Source of the DNA: Vulcanimicrobiota bacterium
GTDB taxonomy: Bacteria; Vulcanimicrobiota; Vulcanimicrobiia; Vulcanimicrobiales; Vulcanimicrobiaceae
Assembly (NCBI GenBank): GCA_963812155.1
Contig: CAWETW010000003.1
Coordinates: 1,238,544-1,302,543 of the forward strand
Direction of reading: 5' to 3'
Length of the DNA: 64,000 nucleotides
The notes under the pieces: model-generated
The model's input: only the letters and a program-made list of their open reading frames with translations
Databases searched by the model: none
Told to the model about the DNA's origin: nothing
Shown here: piece after piece, positions 9,170-20,620 of the stretch
Layout of the letters: each line of letters begins with the position of its first letter
How positions within the stretch are numbered: position 1 is the stretch's first letter
Program-made: the position numbers and the translations under genes

Positions 9170-10393
9170 ATGCCCTGGTTGCCTCGCGCATTTTTTCTGC
9201 TCGTCGCGACGGTCGCGATCGCCGGCGCCGGCTGCACGAGATACGGCAAGCCGACGCCGGTGCCACCGACGATTCCACCCCTCACGGTGCTTATCGTTAA
9301 TCCCGTCAGCGGGAGCGACACGACCGGTAACGGCACGAGCGAGAAGCCATACAAGACGCTGACGAAAGCGCTCGCCGTCGTGAAAAACTCGACGACGCCG
9401 GGACTGACGATTCAACTCGCCGCGGGACAGTACTCGGCGGCGAGCGGGGAAACGTTCCCGATCGTCGTTCCGACGGGCGTCACCATCGACGGCAGCGGTT
9501 ACACGGGGCAGACCGGCTTCCCGAAAGGGACGTTCATCAACGGCATCGGCGAGGATACGGCTCTCGAGAAGCTCGCCGGCTTTGCCCCGCAATCCGCCTA
9601 CACGACGCTCGAGATCGGCGCCGGCGTAACGTCGGTTTCGCTCAACAATATCTACGCGGGCGTCACGCGGTTTGGAACGCTCAACCCGAGGGCCGCCTAT
9701 AGCACGCTCGACGCGCTCGGTTCGTTAAGCATTGGGCATGCGTCGCTCGGGGCCGGGACGTTGTTCAGGGGCCATCCTAATGGAACCGGAATCGCCGTGC
9801 CGAGCGGCGATCTTACGTGCATCGGCTGCGCGATTGCGGGTGGCGCTGCGGCGCTAGTCGCGTACACGCTGCCTAACGGCGCATCGCCGCCGCTCATCGT
9901 CTTGAGCGGGCAGCCGACGCAGGGCATCATCGGCGGCGCTATCGGCATCCTGAGCGATGGATACGCCGGTATCACCGCGTCGTATCAAACGTTTCAGTCG
10001 AAACAGTACGCTTTTTCGGACAAGTTTGCGCCGCTCGTTCCTTCGAGTGGATCGTTCGCTTTGAGCACGCCGGATTTCGGCAACGCGCCGAATACCGCTT
10101 CGCCCGGCGGCAACTCGTTCATCGGCGTTGGAACCTCGGGCCTCCTCGTCACGTTGCCGCTCGATCAAGTCTACGCCGAAGGCGATTACTGGACGCCCAA
10201 CCAGCAAGGCGCCAACGTGCACGGCCAGTATCCTAGGAAGCGCCTTTTTAGCGCCGGAGCGAGCGGCAAGAACGTCACCATCGCGGGCAACGCCTCGGGT
10301 GCGGCGGTCCTGGTCGGCCCCATTCCACCGCCGACGCCGACGCCTCCGCCGTCCGGGGAGCCGAGCACGAGCCCTTCGGCGAGCCCGACGTAG
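9170..10393 (+). CDS. DUF1565-like beta-helix lipoprotein
   Basis: Lipobox AGAGC; VNPVSGSDTTGNGTSEKPYKTLTKAL...QLAAGQYSAASGETFPI signature; Pro/Thr/Ser-rich tail. Confidence 0.75.
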   Translation: MPWLPRAFFLLVATVAIAGAGCTRYGKPTPVPPTIPPLTVLIVNPVSGSDTTGNGTSEKPYKTLTKALAVVKNSTTPGLTIQLAAGQYSAASGETFPIVVPTGVTIDGSGYTGQTGFPKGTFINGIGEDTALEKLAGFAPQSAYTTLEIGAGVTSVSLNNIYAGVTRFGTLNPRAAYSTLDALGSLSIGHASLGAGTLFRGHPNGTGIAVPSGDLTCIGCAIAGGAAALVAYTLPNGASPPLIVLSGQPTQGIIGGAIGILSDGYAGITASYQTFQSKQYAFSDKFAPLVPSSGSFALSTPDFGNAPNTASPGGNSFIGVGTSGLLVTLPLDQVYAEGDYWTPNQQGANVHGQYPRKRLFSAGASGKNVTIAGNASGAAVLVGPIPPPTPTPPPSGEPSTSPSASPT

Positions 10394-10398
10394 ACGCG

Positions 10399-11514
10399 CT
10401 AGGCGACTGGGTGCAGGGTTTCGGCGTCGAGCGAGCAGCCGCGTAACGCCGCCCCGCTCTCGCGCCCGATCAGCACGACCGCATCGCCGAAACGCGCGCC
10501 GAGATCTTCGGTAGCGACGGCGACGCACGACGCGCGGTTCGCAAGATCCACGTGCACGAGCGCGCCGACCGTACCCTCGGGCAGCGTCGTACCGTCGGGA
10601 CCGACGACTCGCGCTCGAAGCCACGGCGGTGCATACTTCTTGCGCGCATCGGCCACGGCGTGTTCCCCGCGCGCCAAGAGGCCGTCGTAATACTGCGAGC
10701 TCAGTTCGGTCATTCCGTATTCGGCGACGATCGCGTCGAGCGGAACGGCGAACGCACGGCGGGCGCGCGCGTAGAGGCCGGAGCGTTCGACGATACGCGC
10801 GCGGCCTTTGAAGCCCCCCGTTTCCATGATGCGCGACCCCGGTGAAAGCTCGAAATGTAAAGAACGTTCCTCGAGTGCGTCGAGAGCGCCGGCGAGCGCA
10901 AACGCGGTCGTCGCGATGCACACCGGCGCATCATCCGACGCAGCGCGGCGCAAGGCCTCAAAAAATTCGCCGAGCGCGAGGGCGTCGCCGCGGACGTACC
11001 AGCCAGTTTGGCCGTCGCCGCGCCGTTCGCAGACCCGGCCCATCATGTAAGCGAGTGACGAACGGGGACGCTCCGACGGAGCCGGAACGAGGTTGAGATA
11101 GCGCAGCGGCTTGCCGTCGGGCAGCATGAAGCGGTCGAATCCGGCAAGGAGCGCGGCATCGTAGAGATCCGGTGTTTCGAAGTAATGGCGCCCTGGTCTG
11201 CCGCCGGTCGTGCCGCTGGTTTCGAAGACCAGCGCGGCGCGCGCCGGATCGAACGTCGCGAGGACGGCGTCTTTGAAGGCCGCCGCCGGCGCCGGCGGAA
11301 TCTCGTCCGGCGATTGCGGCGGCAGCGACGTCGAAATGCCGCGGGCCGCGCAGTAGCGCGCATAGGGTGCGTTGTAACGCATTTGATAGTCGAACACGTC
11401 GAGTGCGAGCGCGTCGAATCCGGCGTCGTCGAGCGCGTCGCCCGTGCGGTGCCAGCGATCGATTGCAGCGAAAATGCGGGCGTCGAGCGCGTCGGATTCG
11501 TCGCGATAGGTCAC
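10399..11514 (-). CDS. LuxE-like acyl-protein synthetase
   Basis: FETSGTTG adenylation loop, METGGFKG, EYGMTELSSQ, VDLAN, TEDLG, C-terminal LRGCS acylation Cys. Confidence 0.85.
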   Translation of the reverse strand: MTYRDESDALDARIFAAIDRWHRTGDALDDAGFDALALDVFDYQMRYNAPYARYCAARGISTSLPPQSPDEIPPAPAAAFKDAVLATFDPARAALVFETSGTTGGRPGRHYFETPDLYDAALLAGFDRFMLPDGKPLRYLNLVPAPSERPRSSLAYMMGRVCERRGDGQTGWYVRGDALALGEFFEALRRAASDDAPVCIATTAFALAGALDALEERSLHFELSPGSRIMETGGFKGRARIVERSGLYARARRAFAVPLDAIVAEYGMTELSSQYYDGLLARGEHAVADARKKYAPPWLRARVVGPDGTTLPEGTVGALVHVDLANRASCVAVATEDLGARFGDAVVLIGRESGAALRGCSLDAETLHPVA

Positions 11515-11990
11515 GGGGTGCGGCGGCGCGACGTGATGACGCCGCTGTTGAGGCCGCTGGTCGCGAGGCCGCCGTCGAAGCGGGCGTGCTCGACCTTCAC
11601 GCAGCGGTCCACGACCACCGTCAAGCCCGCGGCATCGGCCTTCGCAATGGCGTCCTCGTTGACGACGCCGTACTGAAACCAGATCGCTCGCGCGCCGGCG
11701 GCAATCGCGTCCTCGACGACCGCGACGGCGTCGGACGGCTTGCGAAAGACGTCGACGAGATCCGGCGCGCCGCGATCGGCGGCGTAGGCGGCGAGCGACG
11801 GATACGCGCGCACGCCGTCGATCGCGTCGACCGACGGATTGATCGGGGTCGCGTCGTACGGCGTCTGCGTGCGCAGATACGAAAAGACCGTGTAACTGGG
11901 CCGCAGTGCGTTGGGCGACGCACCGACGACGGCAATGGTTCGCACGGTGCGCAGTAACGCTTGCCGCTGCGACGGCGTGCGCGCGATCAC
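11511..11990 (-). CDS. CoA-binding protein (YccU family)
   Basis: IAVVGASPNALRPS, DLVDVFRKP, WFQYGV, VVDRCVKVEH; GTG start overlaps the metY stop. Confidence 0.9.
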   Translation of the reverse strand: MIARTPSQRQALLRTVRTIAVVGASPNALRPSYTVFSYLRTQTPYDATPINPSVDAIDGVRAYPSLAAYAADRGAPDLVDVFRKPSDAVAVVEDAIAAGARAIWFQYGVVNEDAIAKADAAGLTVVVDRCVKVEHARFDGGLATSGLNSGVITSRRRTP

Positions 11991-13243
11991 GCCGGAGCGG
12001 TCGCCGGAATCGCCGCAGCCGAGAGAGCGCGGTCGACGTCCCAGATCAGATCCTCCACGTTTTCGAGACCGACCGAAAGCCGCACGAGTTCGGGTGGGAC
12101 GCCGGCTTTTTCGAGCTCGCCGTCGGAAAGCTGCGAGTGCGTCGTCGACGCAGGATGGATGACCAGGCTTTTGGCATCGCCGACGTTGGCGAGATGACTC
12201 CACAGTTCGAGCGCGTCGATGAAGCGGCGTCCGGCATCGCGGCCGCCGCGCAGACCGAACGTGAAGATCGAGCCCATGCGCGGCTCGCGCACCCACGCGA
12301 CCTCGTCGCGCGTTTTCAAATGGGCGGAAATCGCGCGCGCGTTGGCGACGTGCTTCTCCATGCGAAGTGGGAGCGTCTCGAGACCGAGCAGCATGAGCCA
12401 GGCATCCATCGGCGCCATCTGCGCGCCGACGTCGCGCAGCACCTCGGCGCGCGCCCGCATGAGAAAGGCGTACTCGCCGAACGTCTCGCTAAACATCTTG
12501 CCGTGGTAACCCGGACTCGGCTCGGTGAGCAGCGGATAACGCCCGTTGTGCCAGGGAAACGTTCCCGATTCGATCAGCACGCCGCCGATGGTCGTCCCGT
12601 GACCGCTGATGAACTTGGTTGCGGAATGGAGCACGAGGTCGGCGCCGTGTTCGATCGGCCGAAATAGATACGGCGACGCAAACGTGTTGTCGACGGCCAG
12701 CGCCACGCCGGCTTCGTGCGCGACGCGAGCGAGGCCGGCAACGTCGGCGATTTCGCCGGAGGGATTAGCAACCGTCTCGACCAGCACCATACGTGTATTT
12801 GGCCGAATCGCCGCGCGCACCGCGTCGAGGTCGCTCGCCGGCACGAACGCCGTCTCGATGCCCATGCGTTTGACGGTGACGGCGAGTTGGGTCGTCGTGC
12901 CGCCGTAGACGTGCTGCGAACAGACGAGATGGTCGCCGTTCTGGGCGAGCGAGAGCACCGCGCACAGTTGTGCCGCTAACCCGCTGGAGAAAGCGATTGC
13001 GCCCAAGCCTCCTTCGAGGCTGGCCATCCGTTCCTCGAACGCCGCAACCGTCGGATTGCTGATGCGGCTGTAAATGTGGCCGTAGCCGCGCAGAGCAAAG
13101 AGTTCCGCCGCCTGCTCGGTCGAGCCGAAAACGTACGCCGCGGTTTGATAGATCGGCGCGACGCGCGCGCCGGTCGCGGGATCCGGCGGTGCGCCCGCGT
13201 GAATCGCGCGGGTCGAGAAGCCGAATTGCCGATCCTGCTGCAT
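11987..13243 (-). CDS. metY: O-acetylhomoserine aminocarboxypropyltransferase (sulfhydrylase)
   Basis: PIYQT, IYSRISNPT, DNTFASP, HSATKFISGHG, LANVGDAKSLVIHPASTTH. Confidence 0.92.
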   Translation of the reverse strand: MQQDRQFGFSTRAIHAGAPPDPATGARVAPIYQTAAYVFGSTEQAAELFALRGYGHIYSRISNPTVAAFEERMASLEGGLGAIAFSSGLAAQLCAVLSLAQNGDHLVCSQHVYGGTTTQLAVTVKRMGIETAFVPASDLDAVRAAIRPNTRMVLVETVANPSGEIADVAGLARVAHEAGVALAVDNTFASPYLFRPIEHGADLVLHSATKFISGHGTTIGGVLIESGTFPWHNGRYPLLTEPSPGYHGKMFSETFGEYAFLMRARAEVLRDVGAQMAPMDAWLMLLGLETLPLRMEKHVANARAISAHLKTRDEVAWVREPRMGSIFTFGLRGGRDAGRRFIDALELWSHLANVGDAKSLVIHPASTTHSQLSDGELEKAGVPPELVRLSVGLENVEDLIWDVDRALSAAAIPATAPA

Positions 13244-13277
13244 GACTCGCGTGGTTCGCCGGATAACCGTTCTCCTC

Positions 13278-14564
13278 ATGGGAATGACGCTTACCGAGAA
13301 AATCCTGGCTCGCCACGCCGGCGTGGATTGCGTGGAACCGGGGCAGATTATCAACGCCAAAGTCGACCTCGTCCTCGCCAACGAACTGTCGGCCGCGGTT
13401 GCCATCGGCGTCATGCGCCGCATCAAAGGCGCCGATCGCGTCTTCGACCCGGAGCGGATTGCGCTGGTCGAAGACCACTTCGTTCCGGCGAAGGACGCGC
13501 AATCCGCGAAACTTGCGAAGCTGATGAAAGATTTCGCGGTCGAGCAAAAGATCACGCACTTTTTCGACGTCGGTCGCGGTGGTATCGAGCACGTCGTCCT
13601 GCCCGAAGAGGGTCTCGTCGCGCCCGGAGAGTTGATCGTCGGGGGCGACTCACACACGTGCACGTACGGCGCGTTCGGCGCATTTGCGACGGGCATGGGA
13701 TCGACCGACATCGCCGCGGCGTTCGTCCTCGGCGAGGTATGGCTCAAGGTTCCCGCGTCCATCAAAATCGTCTACGAAGGCAAACTCGGGCCGATGGTGT
13801 TCGCCAAAGACGTCATGCTGAGAACGGTCGGCGAACTAGGAATCGACGGCGCGACCTACCGCGCCATCGAGTACCATGGAAGCACCGTCGACGAACTGTC
13901 GATTACCGGCCGCATCACGATGGCCAACATGGCGATCGAGGCGGGTGCCAAGAACGGCATCTTTCACGCCGACGAAAAAACGCTGGCGTACGTGCGCGAA
14001 CGGACGAACCGGCCCTTCCTCGTCGAGAAGGCGGACGCAGACGCATCCTACGAACGCGAACTGCGCATCGACGTGGGAACGCTCGAACCGCAAGTCGCGT
14101 GTCCGCATACACCCGACAACGTGCATCCGATCTCGGAAATTGCCGCCGGCGACGTGCCCGTCGATCAAGTCTTCATCGGCTCGTGCACCAACGGCTACAT
14201 CGACGATCTCCGCGTGGTGGCGAAGATTCTCGAAGGCCGCCGGATTGCCGACAGTTTGCGCGTCATCGTCAATCCGGGCAGCCAGAAAGTCTGGATGCAG
14301 GCGGCGCAAGAAGGCATTCTTACGACGCTGGCGGCAGCCGGCTGCGCGGTCAACACTCCAGGCTGCGGCGCGTGCTTCGGCGGGCATATGGGCACGCTCG
14401 GCGACGGCGAACGCGCGATCTCGACGACCAACCGTAACTACGTCGGACGTATGGGATCGCCCAAAGCCGAGGTCTTCCTTGCTTCACCGGCGACGTGCGC
14501 GGCGTCGGCGTTGACCGGAAAGATTACCGATCCGCGTACGGTCACGGCGCTGGTGGAAGCTTAG
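13278..14564 (+). CDS. leuC: 3-isopropylmalate dehydratase/homoaconitase family large subunit (LeuC type 2)
   Basis: MGMTLTEKIL, GDSHTCTYG, IGSCTNG, CGACFG 4Fe-4S ligands, STTNRNYVGRMG. Confidence 0.9.
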   Translation: MGMTLTEKILARHAGVDCVEPGQIINAKVDLVLANELSAAVAIGVMRRIKGADRVFDPERIALVEDHFVPAKDAQSAKLAKLMKDFAVEQKITHFFDVGRGGIEHVVLPEEGLVAPGELIVGGDSHTCTYGAFGAFATGMGSTDIAAAFVLGEVWLKVPASIKIVYEGKLGPMVFAKDVMLRTVGELGIDGATYRAIEYHGSTVDELSITGRITMANMAIEAGAKNGIFHADEKTLAYVRERTNRPFLVEKADADASYERELRIDVGTLEPQVACPHTPDNVHPISEIAAGDVPVDQVFIGSCTNGYIDDLRVVAKILEGRRIADSLRVIVNPGSQKVWMQAAQEGILTTLAAAGCAVNTPGCGACFGGHMGTLGDGERAISTTNRNYVGRMGSPKAEVFLASPATCAASALTGKITDPRTVTALVEA

Positions 14565-14577
14565 GAGGTTCCCGAAC

Positions 14578-15081
14578 ATGGAAGCGACGCTGCGCGGTCA
14601 CGCGCATAAATACGGCAAAAACGTCGATACCGACGTCATCATTCCGGGCAAGTATTGCAACATCGTCGATCCGGTCGAGCTCGGAAAGCACGCGCTTGAA
14701 GGTCTCGATCCGGAGTTTACGACGCGCATGCACGCCGGCGACATCATCGTCGCCGATCGCAACTTTGGTTGCGGCTCCAGCCGTGAGGTCGCGCCGATCG
14801 CGATCAAAGGGTCGGGGGCTTCGGCAGTTATTGCCAAGAGTTTTGCGCGAATCTTCTACCGCAACGCGCTGAACATCGGATTGCCGATCTTCGAATCGGA
14901 GGAAGCCGTCGACGGCATCGAGAGCGGCGACGAGATCGAACTCGAACCGGCAACCGGCATCGTCCGCAACGTCACCAAGGGCACGCAGTATCGCGCCGCC
15001 GAGTTTCCACCGTTCATGCGTTCGCTCATCGACGCGGGCGGACTCGTTCCGTACGTGGAGTCGCGCCTCGCCGCCGGATGA
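14578..15081 (+). CDS. leuD: 3-isopropylmalate dehydratase/homoaconitase family small subunit
   Basis: NVDTDVIIP, NFGCGSSRE, SFARIFYRNALNIGL; SD AGGAGG. Confidence 0.9.
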   Translation: MEATLRGHAHKYGKNVDTDVIIPGKYCNIVDPVELGKHALEGLDPEFTTRMHAGDIIVADRNFGCGSSREVAPIAIKGSGASAVIAKSFARIFYRNALNIGLPIFESEEAVDGIESGDEIELEPATGIVRNVTKGTQYRAAEFPPFMRSLIDAGGLVPYVESRLAAG

Positions 15082-15187
15082 GGCGCTGCCGAGCATGAAT
15101 GTTTGCTAAGAAGGAAGCGGCGAAGCGGCCGCACGGGAGGGAGTGCCGCCGGACCGCTCAAAGGCTGACTGCGTGAGCAGCAAAGCG

Positions 15188-15832
15188 ATGTGGGTGACCT
15201 TGCCGGCGGCCGGCCTGATGTTCGGCACCTTGATTGCCGGCGGCGGATTCGCCGCACCCGGCGTGGCGGCAACGCCTCCGCCGACGCCGCCTCCGCTCTC
15301 GACCCCGGCCACCGCGCCGCCGTCGGCCGCGCCGCAGCCGGGTTCGCTTTCGACGCCGATTCCGATGCCTTCGGGCTACGGGCTGCCCGGCGCGAGCGGG
15401 CCGGCCGCGATGCCGAGTGCCTCGCCGACGCCTCCTCCGGACGCGCGTAAAGGGCTCGAAGGCGTCTGGGAGATGGCGATTCAGCGCGGGTCGGCCACGA
15501 ACTACGCGCACTTCGTCCTTCGCCAGGAGGGGACGTCGCTGACGGGCTCCTACCTCAACGACGCGGGCAAGAAATTTCCGCTGGCCGGATCGGTTGACGG
15601 GCAGTCCGTCCGTCTGATCGTCACGATGCCCGACGGTACCTCGCTCCTGCTCGTCGGCCGCCTCGACGGAACGACCGATATGGTCGGCATGATGACGTCG
15701 GGTCAGGAAGAGGTCGGCTTCACCGCCGCCTACCGTCCGAAGGAGAAGTTCATCGACAATCTCAACGCCGCGCCCGGCGGGCTGGGCGGCATGGGTTCGG
15801 GCGGCGGCGGTGGGGGCTACGGCCCACCCTAA
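15188..15832 (+). CDS. Secreted Pro-rich hypothetical protein with a C-terminal beta domain
   Basis: Signal-like N-terminus, Pro/Ala linker, globular GVWEM...GFTAAYR region; start uncertain. Confidence 0.6.
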   Translation: MWVTLPAAGLMFGTLIAGGGFAAPGVAATPPPTPPPLSTPATAPPSAAPQPGSLSTPIPMPSGYGLPGASGPAAMPSASPTPPPDARKGLEGVWEMAIQRGSATNYAHFVLRQEGTSLTGSYLNDAGKKFPLAGSVDGQSVRLIVTMPDGTSLLLVGRLDGTTDMVGMMTSGQEEVGFTAAYRPKEKFIDNLNAAPGGLGGMGSGGGGGGYGPP

Positions 15833-15840
15833 CGCGCCCT

Positions 15841-15877
15841 TCGTCCTTCGACTGCGCTCGCTGCGCTCAGGATGACA
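15841..15877. repeat. REP-like intergenic repeat, copy 1
   Basis: TCGTCCTTCGACTGCGC...CGCTCAGGATGACA shared with 38089-38136. Confidence 0.75.
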
Positions 15878-15900
15878 GCGGAGGAGGGACTTGCGAGCCC

Positions 15901-15909
15901 TGCTATACT
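15901..15909 (+). promoter_or_regulatory. Extended -10 promoter of the rpmE operon
   Basis: TGcTATACT 9 nt upstream of the rpmE GTG; no SD. Confidence 0.55.
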
Positions 15910-15918
15910 CTATAAGCT

Positions 15919-16185
15919 GTGAAAGAGAAGATCCATCCCAAGTGGTATCCGGAGGCGCGCGTGCACTGCGCCTGCGGCAATACCTTTACGACAGGCTCGA
16001 CCCTGGCCGAAATCGGCGTCGAGATCTGTGCGGCCTGCCATCCGCTGTTCACCGGACAGCAGAAGCTGATCGACACCGCCGGACGCGTCGATAAGTTCAA
16101 CCAGCGCGCCGCCGCCGCCAAGAAGAAGCAAGAAGAAGCCGCCGCCCGCGCCGCTCGTAAGAAAGCCGCGGCGCCGGTCTCCTGA
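15919..16185 (+). CDS. rpmE: 50S ribosomal protein L31 (Zn-binding type)
   Basis: [13 protein letters not shown]...[19 protein letters not shown]. Confidence 0.97.
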   Translation: MKEKIHPKWYPEARVHCACGNTFTTGSTLAEIGVEICAACHPLFTGQQKLIDTAGRVDKFNQRAAAAKKKQEEAAARAARKKAAAPVS

Positions 16186-16193
16186 ACGGGTCT

Positions 16194-17262
16194 TTGACCG
16201 CCCGGCTCGACTCGATGCTGCGGCGGTTCGACGAAATCGAAGCCGAACTCGCCCATCCTGCGGACGCCTTCGACCAAGCGCGTTACACCGCGTTGGTCAA
16301 GGAGCGCGCGCAGTTGGAGGCGCCGGTCGAAACGTTCCGCCGGCTGCGGAAGACCGAAACCGAGGTCGCGGCTAACGAGCGTCTTGCGCGCGAGAGCGAC
16401 GGCGAGTTGCGCGAGCTGGCCGAAGACGAGGCGCGTACGCTTCGCGACCGCACCGCCGAACTCGAAGGCGAACTTCAACAGTTGATGCTTCCGAGCGATC
16501 CGGACGACGACCGCGACGTCTTCGTCGAGATTCGTGCGGGCGCCGGCGGCGACGAAGCCGGCATATTTGCCGGCGACCTGTCGCGCATGTACATGCGTTT
16601 TGCCGAGTCGCTCGGCATGCGCGTCGAGCTGGCATCCGAAAATCTCAACGATGCCGGCGGCTACCGGGAAATCGTCTTCAGCGTACGCGGAAAGGGCGCG
16701 TACCGCCGGCTCAAGCACGAATCCGGCGTCCATCGCGTCCAGCGCGTGCCGGAGACCGAAGCGCAAGGCCGCATTCATACGAGCACGGCGACGGTGGCCG
16801 TGCTTCCGCAGGTCGACGACGACGATGCGGAGATCGAAATCCGTCCGTCCGAGCTGCAGATCGACACGTTTAAGTCGTCGGGTGCCGGCGGCCAGCACGT
16901 GAACAAGACCGAGTCGGCGATTCGAATCACCCACGTGCCGTCGGGATTCATCGTTTCGTCGCAGCAAGAACGCTCGCAGCAGCAGAACCGCGAAAAAGCG
17001 ATGCAGATGCTCCGCGCAATGCTCTACGACCGCAAGCGGCGCGAGCAGGAGGAGGCGGTTGGATCCATGCGCCGTTCGCAGGTCGGCACCGGCGACCGTT
17101 CCGAGAAAATTCGCACCTATAACTTCCCGCAAGACCGCGTCACGGACCACCGCATCAACCGCAGTTTCGGCAACATTCGCGCGATCGTCGACGGCGACCT
17201 CAGCGCAATCGTCGACGATCTCTTCAGCCGACGAGCGAGCGCGGATGCTGGCCGGCGTATGA
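16194..17262 (+). CDS. prfA: Peptide chain release factor 1; native C-terminus lies in the +1 frame, and as sequenced the gene reads into prmC
   Basis: [25 protein letters not shown] (PxT motif), [29 protein letters not shown]. Confidence 0.93.
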
Positions 17263-18125
17263 GTGCTCGCGCGGGCGCCCTGCTCGCGTCGGGGTCGGCG
17301 CTGCTCGCGTCCGTCAGCGAATCGCCCCACGCCGACGCCAGCCTGCTGCTCGCACACGTGCTGGAGTGCGATCGCGCCTGGATCGTCGCGCACGGCGACG
17401 CGTCCCTCACGCCGGCTCAATGCGCGCGATTTGAGGACCTGTGCGGCGTTCGCGCGACCGGAATGCCGCTTGCATACGTCTTGGGGTCGGCCGGTTTCTA
17501 CGGCCGTGAGTTCGCCGTCGACGCGCGCGTGCTCGTGCCGCGTCCCGAAACCGAACACCTGGTGGAGGACGCGCTGGCGTTCGCCGCGCGCCGGTTTCCC
17601 GAGAACGGATCGATCGCGGCGCTGGACGTCGGCACCGGCTCCGGCGCCATCGCCATCACGCTGGCCGCGGAGAACGCGCGCATCTCCGCCGATGCCACGG
17701 ACGCGTCGGCCGACGCGCTCGCGGTCGCGCGCGCCAACGCGCTCGCGCACGGCGTTTCGGCGCGCTGCCGGTTTCATCTCGGCGAGTTTGCCGAACCGGT
17801 GGCAGGACGGCGGTTCGATCTGGTCGTCGCAAATCTGCCCTACGTTCCCAGCGGCGGCATACCGCCCGAGCCCGACCCGCTGTCGTTCGAGCCGCGCCTG
17901 GCGCTCGACGGGGGACGCGACGGTCTCGACCCGTATCGCGGGCTGATGCCCGCATTGCCGCTTCTGGTGGCCCCGGGCGGCCTGGTCTTGCTCGAGGCCT
18001 CCCCGGAACAGATGGCGGCGCTCGGCGACTCCGTCGCACGCGCGCTGCGCGACGCCCGCGTCGAGGTGGCGCGCGATTACGCCGGCCGCGACCGCTATTT
18101 ACGGGTCGCGACGGCGGCAGCGTAA
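17259..18125 (+). CDS. prmC: Release factor glutamine methyltransferase
   Basis: [43 protein letters not shown] overlaps the +1-frame prfA stop (ATGA). Confidence 0.93.
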   Translation: MSARAGALLASGSALLASVSESPHADASLLLAHVLECDRAWIVAHGDASLTPAQCARFEDLCGVRATGMPLAYVLGSAGFYGREFAVDARVLVPRPETEHLVEDALAFAARRFPENGSIAALDVGTGSGAIAITLAAENARISADATDASADALAVARANALAHGVSARCRFHLGEFAEPVAGRRFDLVVANLPYVPSGGIPPEPDPLSFEPRLALDGGRDGLDPYRGLMPALPLLVAPGGLVLLEASPEQMAALGDSVARALRDARVEVARDYAGRDRYLRVATAAA

Positions 18126-19850
<1,725 letters not shown>

Positions 19851-19861
19851 GGAACCTAACG

Positions 19862-20620
19862 CTGGACCCCACGGCAATTACGGCCGTCATCCTGACGCGC
19901 GACGAAGAACGCAATCTTCCGCGTGCGCTTACGAGCCTGCCGCGTACGATGCCCGTGCTGGTGCTCGATGCGTGCTCCCGCGACCACACGGTGCAGTTCG
20001 CGCGCGGAGCCGGAGCCGAGGTCGTGCAGCGCGAGTGGACCGACTTTGTGGATGCGCGGCGTTTCGCGCTGTCGCAGGTTCGCACGCCGTGGGCGTTGAT
20101 GGTCGACGCCGACGAGGCGCTCGACGACGTGCTCCTGGATGCGATCGCCGATTGCTCCGGCGATGCCGACGCCTACGTTGTGAAGCGCACGACCTACTTT
20201 GCCGGGCGGCCGATGCGGATATGGCGCAACGAGCCGCTCGTGCGTCTGTTTCGCGTGGGTCGCGCGACGCTCGAGGCGCACCCGGCCGCCGGCGGCCGGG
20301 CGGCGCTGCACGAACGCTGGACGTCGCCGGGAATTACCGGCGCCCTCGCCGGTACGCTGCTCCATTTTTCGTATCAAGACTATACGTCGTACCGGGTGAA
20401 GTACGAGGCCTACACGACCGCCGAAGCGCACGGCCTACGCGGATCGGCGGCCGGATTCGCACGCGCGTGGGTGGCGGGCGTGCTGAGGTTCTGGTGGCTG
20501 CTCCTCGCCAAAGCGTCGCTGCTGGACGGCATTCGCGGCGTGTACGTCGCGTACAAATCGGCGATGTATCCCGCCGTGGTGGCGCGTAAAGCGCTCGCCG
20601 GTTCGGAAACGCCGGATTGA
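19862..20620 (+). CDS. Glycosyltransferase family 2 (probable CTG start)
   Basis: ITAVILTRDEERNL N-terminus lies upstream of the first ATG; DACSRDHT and VDADE DxD motif. Confidence 0.8.
   Translation: MDPTAITAVILTRDEERNLPRALTSLPRTMPVLVLDACSRDHTVQFARGAGAEVVQREWTDFVDARRFALSQVRTPWALMVDADEALDDVLLDAIADCSGDADAYVVKRTTYFAGRPMRIWRNEPLVRLFRVGRATLEAHPAAGGRAALHERWTSPGITGALAGTLLHFSYQDYTSYRVKYEAYTTAEAHGLRGSAAGFARAWVAGVLRFWWLLLAKASLLDGIRGVYVAYKSAMYPAVVARKALAGSETPD

Noticed and set aside
6563..9592. 1009-aa ORF as a giant aminotransferase fusion
   Set aside because: The N-terminal 577 codons are Arg-rich shadow sequence overlapping the luxC-like and DUF1565 genes; the real start is GTG 7861.
7858..11514. 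Bioluminescence (lux) operon
   Set aside because: No luxA, luxB or luxD homologs in the window.
17210..17235. prfB-type programmed +1 frameshift in prfA
   Set aside because: No CTT-TGA shift site or internal SD; the zero frame has no stop.
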